This document shows, piece after piece, positions 58,161 to 64,000 of a stretch of DNA of 64,000 bases. Source of the stretch: Geosiphon pyriformis uo1 (taxonomy: Eukaryota > Fungi > Glomeromycota); contig JAAOMT010000057.1 of NCBI GenBank assembly GCA_016748015.1, positions 204,763 through 268,762 of the forward strand. Reading direction: 5' to 3'. Each line of letters begins with the position of its first letter. Within the stretch, counting starts at the first letter, position 1. The position numbers and the translations under genes were made by a program. The notes beneath the pieces were generated by a model. The model did no database searches and had not been told where the DNA came from. It saw nothing but the letters and a program-made list of their open reading frames with translations.

Positions 58161-61100
58161 CAGATCTAATCTGGAAAGTTGCTACTTGCAATGTTAAAGG
58201 CATGAACAATCTTGCAAAGCAAAATGATATTGTACATTGGCACAAAGACATAAAAAATTATTTTCAATTTTTATGGAAACTAAGCTAAAAGAAAAAATAT
58301 GTCTATGGATTGTTAAAAAATTTGAGGGTGTCTATGTGTTTACTTTTGGGTTGGATTTTGGTTACTTGGGGTCAAGTATTGCTGTAGTTATAAATGACTC
58401 TTTGGCAAGGCATGTGTGTAAGATTTCTGAAGTATCTAGTTGGCTCCTTTCTATCAAGTTGCTTTTTAAAAATAAGCTTTCCGTCTTAATTTTGGGGCTG
58501 TATGCTGGAGCATCTCTTATGGTCCATCTTTTTCAGGCTGATAAAATCAATTCACTCATAGCTAGAGCTGTGAATAAATCTTTATTTGTTGTACTTGGTG
58601 GTGATTTCAATGAAGATGGTTTTTATAGATGTGCCAGCTTTAAAAAATGCCTTGGGCTGGAGTTAGTTAATTTTTTGGTTGGGAGTTCAGCAGTGCAGAC
58701 ACTTACTTGGACAAATTCTCAAGGAGTTGCAAAAGTGATTGATTATGTGTTTGTTTTTGCAAATTTGGTTAGTGCATTAGTACATCATGATGTTCTGAAA
58801 ATTAGTGAACATTTTGATACTAACCACTGGGCTGTTTCTGTGTTTGTGGGTTTGAGTAGACTAGTAAATGCACAGTTGAATTCTTTTCACAAACAGACAA
58901 ATATGGATTGTTGGAAGTATGATATCAAAAGTACTGATGAGGTTAAGTGGTGTAAATTCAAAATGTCAACAGCTGCAAATGCTGCCATGTTTTCTGATGA
59001 GTTTGGTTTCTTTGTGGCGTCTGCTAATCTAGATTCTATGTGGAATATTGTTCGTAAGATAATAGTTTTCTTGGCTAATGAAACATTTAGGAAAAAATGG
59101 TTCAAGAACTTTGATAGTGTTTTTACCAAGAAATCTTCTAAGTTTCACAAATTGGAAATTTTGATTTCGAGGATAGTTAAGGCATCCTATAAACAGAACT
59201 CTGTTAGGTTCACATCATTGATGAATCATTGGGCTTTTTTGGACTCTGATAAGGCCTTAGTGGTACAGATGTTTTTGAACTCTGATGCGAATTTAGATCA
59301 TGTTAGGTCAGCTCTTTATGGTGTTTAAAAGTCTTATTGCACTTCCAAACTTGCTGACTCTTTGAGGGCTCAGAAATCAAGTATTAGGTCTGTTATTAAT
59401 AAGCATATGGAGAGTTTTGCTTTTGATAAGAGTCACACTATCAAGAGTGTTTTAGAACATTCTTTTCATAAGGTGGAATTAGACCATCTGGTTGTTGGTG
59501 ATAAATTGATTCTGGAGCCTGATTTAGTTAAAACTAAGGTGGATGTAATTATGGAAGGGTAGACTAGAAGGTGCAGGGTGGTTAAAAATATCTTTAGTGA
59601 ATGGTCTTGTTAATATCAGTCTTTGGAGTATGTCTTTAATAGTGCATTCTTAAATGTGATGCAACTGATTAATTTTAATGAGTTGTTTGGTATGGTTTTT
59701 GATCTTCTTAATAGCAAAGCTGCTGGTCTTTCAGATATCTCCAATGAACTTTGGAAACACTGTGACAAATTTGTTATAAGTATGCTTTTGGAGCTTTTGA
59801 ATACTTGTTTGAGTAGTGAATCTGTCCCCTGTGTCTGGAAGGAGGCTTGGGTTTCAATAATCCCTAAACTATACAAATAGAAAGGCATTCTCACAAACAT
59901 CTGTTCTATTGTTCTGATTGAAATGGCCCATAAAATTCTCTTCAAGATCCTGTCTGATAGAATTTCTTTGGCATATAACCACTTTGATGTTTTTTATGGT
60001 GACAACTTTTCTGTTCTGAAGGATACTTCTATACAATCACCTATTTTCACAGTTAGCTCAGTAATAGAAGATGCTCTGGACAAAAACCGCAAACTCTGGC
60101 TTGTTTTGTAAGACATGCAAAAGATGTATGATTTTGTTAATTAGGAACATCTTAGGAAGAGTTTAATTAGGATTAAAATATATGGCAAATTCATATGTTT
60201 TTTTGATAGTATTCATTGCAATCACGTTAACAGAGTTATGACTGACTTTGACTTAATTGATGGGTATTGTGTTTATGATGGTTTGGATCAGGAGAAGGTT
60301 TTCTCATCACTCTTTTGGCCCATATTCTACAATCCCCTCCTTTGCAAAGTCAAGAGACAGAAGAATGTGTGTGTTTATAGATTAAACTCTCATTTTATCT
60401 CGAAAAATGGTCATCTAGAACCTAATACTGGGTTGTCTTCCTTCTTTGCTGCTGAAGTTTTTGTTAATGATACAATTTGGATTGGCAGCAGTCGGAGTGC
60501 TACTCAGCTAATTCTCAATATTGCCAGTGAATTTTTCCAAGTCAATGACATTTTTATTAATACAGACAAGACTGTTGTTATCCCTATTAATTACAGAGTT
60601 AATAGTCTTTCTTTGTTTATCAGTGGCTCACCTATTGCTATTGTGAAAAAAGGGGAATCACATCACTACCTGGGCATTTTTCTTTCATCTGAGGGTCTCT
60701 CGAAGTCTAGCTTGGCCAAAGCATGTTTGAATATTCAGTTTTTCTCCAACCTTGTGTTAAGGAAAGCCATTTCAGATAAGCAATTTTTGTACTTGGTTTC
60801 AGCAATTCTCCATCCTATTGTGAGCTATAGGATTCAATTTAGCTTTATTTCTTTCAATGTTTACAACAAATAAGATACTCTAATTTGAAGAGGTCTTAAG
60901 CTGAAGTCTGGTCTTTCTCTTGATTTCCTGAATGATACAATCCACTATCCTTCCTTTTATGGTTTGAAGTCTTTCAAACAGGTGCAATTCAAAAACAAAA
61001 TAGTGTTACTTGTAAATTTTGTAAATGCTGGTGGGATTTTGGGTTGTATATTCTCCCATAGGTCTCATGATTTGCAAGTTTTGTGTTGGCATCCCACTCA

Positions 61101-62847
61101 CCTTTTGAGTTTCTCTGTTCATATTTGTGTCAGTTTTTTAAATAACTTTTTAGCTAGTGTGGTTCATATTTTTGCAAAATATAATCTGTCTCTGGGCAGA
61201 TCTTTGAGCAATTTTTTTTATCATCAAAGTGGTGTCCTTATGTCAGTGGTTTTTGGAGAAGCTAAGTTCTGTGTATGTGTCTCATTTCTCTGTTGGTATG
61301 ATGTTGTCTTTGTGGATCAACTCTGTAATTATAATGGTGCCATTTTTGATTGAAAAACTTTTAAGCATTGGAAAAGATTGGATCCTTGTAGCCCAGTTCC
61401 TGATTGGTTTAGTCTTTCTGTCATCTTCTTTAATAATGTGTTTTTTTTTCCTGTTTGTGTGTCTGCTTTTGAGGGTGTTGATGGCCATTTGAGCATTCTT
61501 GAGTTCCAAGAATTTAAGTTGATATGTGATCAGTTGTCTTGTGTTGGTACTGGTTGTCTGTCTGTCTATACAGATGGCTCTCTAAGAGATTTGGGCACCA
61601 TACAAAAAAAGGCTGGTGCTGTTGTCTTTTTTGAAGACATTGGTCTAGATTTGGGTGTGAAGATTTCTGGTTTGTTGTTCTTTACTTTAATAGAACTACA
61701 GGCCATAGCTCTGGTGTTGGAATGTGTTCCTTCTCATAGCTCAGTATGTTTACACTCTAATAGTTAGGCTGCTCTAGATGCATACAAGTCAAAATTGTAT
61801 TTAGTTTGTCTGGCTTTTTGCAATCAGTGTTGGGTGAAGTGTTAGCATATTGTGGACATTATTCATAGCAAAAATTTGAGGATGGAGTGGCTTAAAGTAA
61901 AGAGTTACTTAGGTGTTGTGAGAAATGAACAAGCAGATGCCCTTGCTGCTATTGCCTCCAACTCTAATTGGTTCCTTCTTCTCCATTTAGAGAGACATTG
62001 CCTTTTGGCTGGTGGTAATCTTGTTTCTGGTAATTCTAGGCATTTTGTTCGGGATGTGTTTAGATCTGTTCATCGTGTACATTGAGAAGTCAGTTTTGGC
62101 TTCAAGATTCTGACAGGTGATTTGTTATCAGATATTGATTGGTTAAGTTCTTTCTTGGTGTGGCATCTGGACTTGCATATGGCTGCAGGCTTTATAAGCA
62201 AATTTTTTGCTGGCTTGTGTACATATTTCATGAAAGCATTATATTATTAGCTGTCTGTTGCTGTTCAGAAGCAACTTTACTCTAGATATTATCCGAGTGT
62301 ATTGTGTTTATTCTGTGGTGATGTAAAGGTTTCTAATCATGTTTTCTCTTGCAAAATTGATCTTCCTACCCATTGTCAGTTGTTAAATACTTATGCAGCT
62401 TCTTGAGAGCTGCTTTCTGGTCTTTCTTATTCTTCTTCCTGTGTGTCTCAGCTTTTGTCATCTTGTACTTCTAATGTCTCTATATTTACATTCCTTTTCA
62501 AAGAGTTTGTCTTTAAAGATTGGTTCTGAGAGGCTATGTCTGTTTTTTATGATCCCAAAATTGCGAGTTGGAAGATTGTAGATTTTGTATGTGCTTTCAG
62601 TCTTAGTTTCAAGGATTGCATTTGGTTAGTTCATGCTAAATATCATGCCTTTATGGAAAGGAATAGATTAACTCCACCTGATGGTTTATTTCTTGTTTTG
62701 ACTTCTGAATTGTCAGTGGGGTTGTTTGCTGGTGTTATTAGATTGCTTGGTATTGCTAATGCTTTTGGTGTTTACTTTGGTTTTCATAGATTTTGTTCAT
62801 TCTTTTCTGGTATTGGTAATAATGTTTCAGTTCACATAGTTGCTTAG
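58157..62847 (+). pseudogene. LINE ORF2
   Basis: MTDLIWKVATCNVKGMN…ETKL…LGGDFNE…TWTNS…IDYVF…TNH (APE); RT FVNDT (from FVDDT); RNase H VYTDGS…ELQAI…KVKSY…NEQADALA; CLFCG…HVFSC. Confidence 0.92.
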
Positions 62848-63037
62848 TATTGTTTTAATTAGTCTGAATGACTGGTTATGTGTAAAAAAAGCATGATTTG
62901 TGCCTAGTTTAGATTAGTTATCTAATGTACTGTATTGGATTTTACTTGTTAAGCATTAATAAAAAAAAACTGTTTTTTTTAAGATTAATATTAATTTTTA
63001 ATAAATATAATTAATTAAATTAAATAATATAATATAT

Positions 63038-64000
63038 TGTTATGAGTAAGCTTGGTAGAGTATAATATTAATGTTTGGTGTTCTATATTTGAATAAGAAA
63101 GCTTGAGAAGTTTTTTTTGTTTAGTATAAAAAACAGAGTAAAATTATTAATTTTTAAAGATTTTTAATATATATGAATTTATTTATAGAGTTTTTTAGTT
63201 ATAAAATACAGAAATATAGTTTAATTGTTTGTAGTTGAATATATATAAGCTATTTTTTTAAGTTAGTTAAGTGCAGTTGCTAAAATTTAATATTGTCTTT
63301 TTACTTTTTTTAGTAAACTAACAAAATAGAATTAATATCTAAATCTAAGAAAAACTTTTTTTTTTATCAAACTATTATGAAGTTTTTTCTTAGGCAGTCA
63401 ATTTTTTTAATATTGCTACTCTATCAAAAAAAAATGAAAATTTAAAAATGAAAAAAATAAAAATAAAAGAAAAAAAAAATTTATTATTGTCAATTGTTAT
63501 GATCAAGAACAATTAGTAAGGTTCTAAAACTGTTTATGCTAAAAAAATTTGGCCTAAAATAAAAATAAAAAACATAATTAATTTAATTTTAACAACACAA
63601 ATTCTAAGTTTATATACAAATAAATTTAAATAATATTTTTATTTTAATTGTAAATATAAAAATATAGAGAAAATAAAATAAAAAAAATTTATCAATTTTT
63701 AAAGCTACGATATATTTTTTAGGAAATAAATTCTTATTTCTTGTCTGTTTTTTTTTATTTTTTAAAACTACTTATTTTTATATATTTTTTTTGGTTTTAT
63801 AAAATTGCCTTTGATTATTTGTTATTATTAATTATTACTTATTATTTTTGTTGTTGTTTTGTTTTTTTACACTATAACTAATTATTCTATATTATAACTA
63901 GCTATTTTATATTATTGGGTATTATTTTGTATTACTTTGAATTATTATATATTATTTTGTATTATTTTATATTATCATATTTTTTCTATATTATTATATT
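63038..64000 (-). repeat. Decayed Gypsy LTR, running out of the window
   Basis: TGTTATG terminus at 63038; 63400-63530 resembles the reverse complement of the LTR core at 19280-19440; attattttgt tandem repeats resemble 18830-18960. Confidence 0.55.

Larger units (their letters stand above)
56220..62969 (+). mobile_element. Full-length, inactivated LINE: ORF1 + ORF2 (APE-RT-RNase H-zf-RVT) + poly-A
   Basis: Two ORFs with in-frame stops; 3'UTR ending aataaaaaaaaa at ~62957-62969; 5' boundary approximate. Confidence 0.93.

Overview
Eukaryotic fungal DNA. The short AT-rich introns, the augmin subunit, the gene sequences and the style of the repeats suggest an early-diverging fungus, most likely Glomeromycotina and Geosiphon-like; this assignment is inference only. 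The window has three zones. (1) 1-~36,000 is a nested graveyard of transposons: a dUTPase-carrying Ty3/Gypsy element inserted into a second, oppositely oriented Gypsy, a 5'-truncated RNase H-type LINE, two inverted copies of one hAT DNA transposon, and several solo or broken LTRs. All are eroded by C>T/G>A transitions, nearly devoid of CpG, and in places almost pure A/T. (2) ~36,000-55,800 is a compact gene island that retains CpG: GPI13/PIG-O, INO80 (~25 introns), mitochondrial MRPL31 (mL60), a 25-aa RPL41 missed by the ORF track, a 701-aa protein with an mS31/mS46-like C-terminus, STIMATE/YPL162C-like, augmin HAUS2/AUG2, Nur1/Mug154 (DUF2418) and tRNA-Pro(TGG). (3) ~56,200-64,000 holds a full-length but inactivated LINE and an LTR remnant. 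The most interesting signals are a repeat-restricted, RIP-like transition hypermutation with very sharp gene/TE borders, the retroelement dUTPase, and an uncharacterised extra ORF in the env position of several Gypsy elements. TE coordinates are approximate, read by eye.
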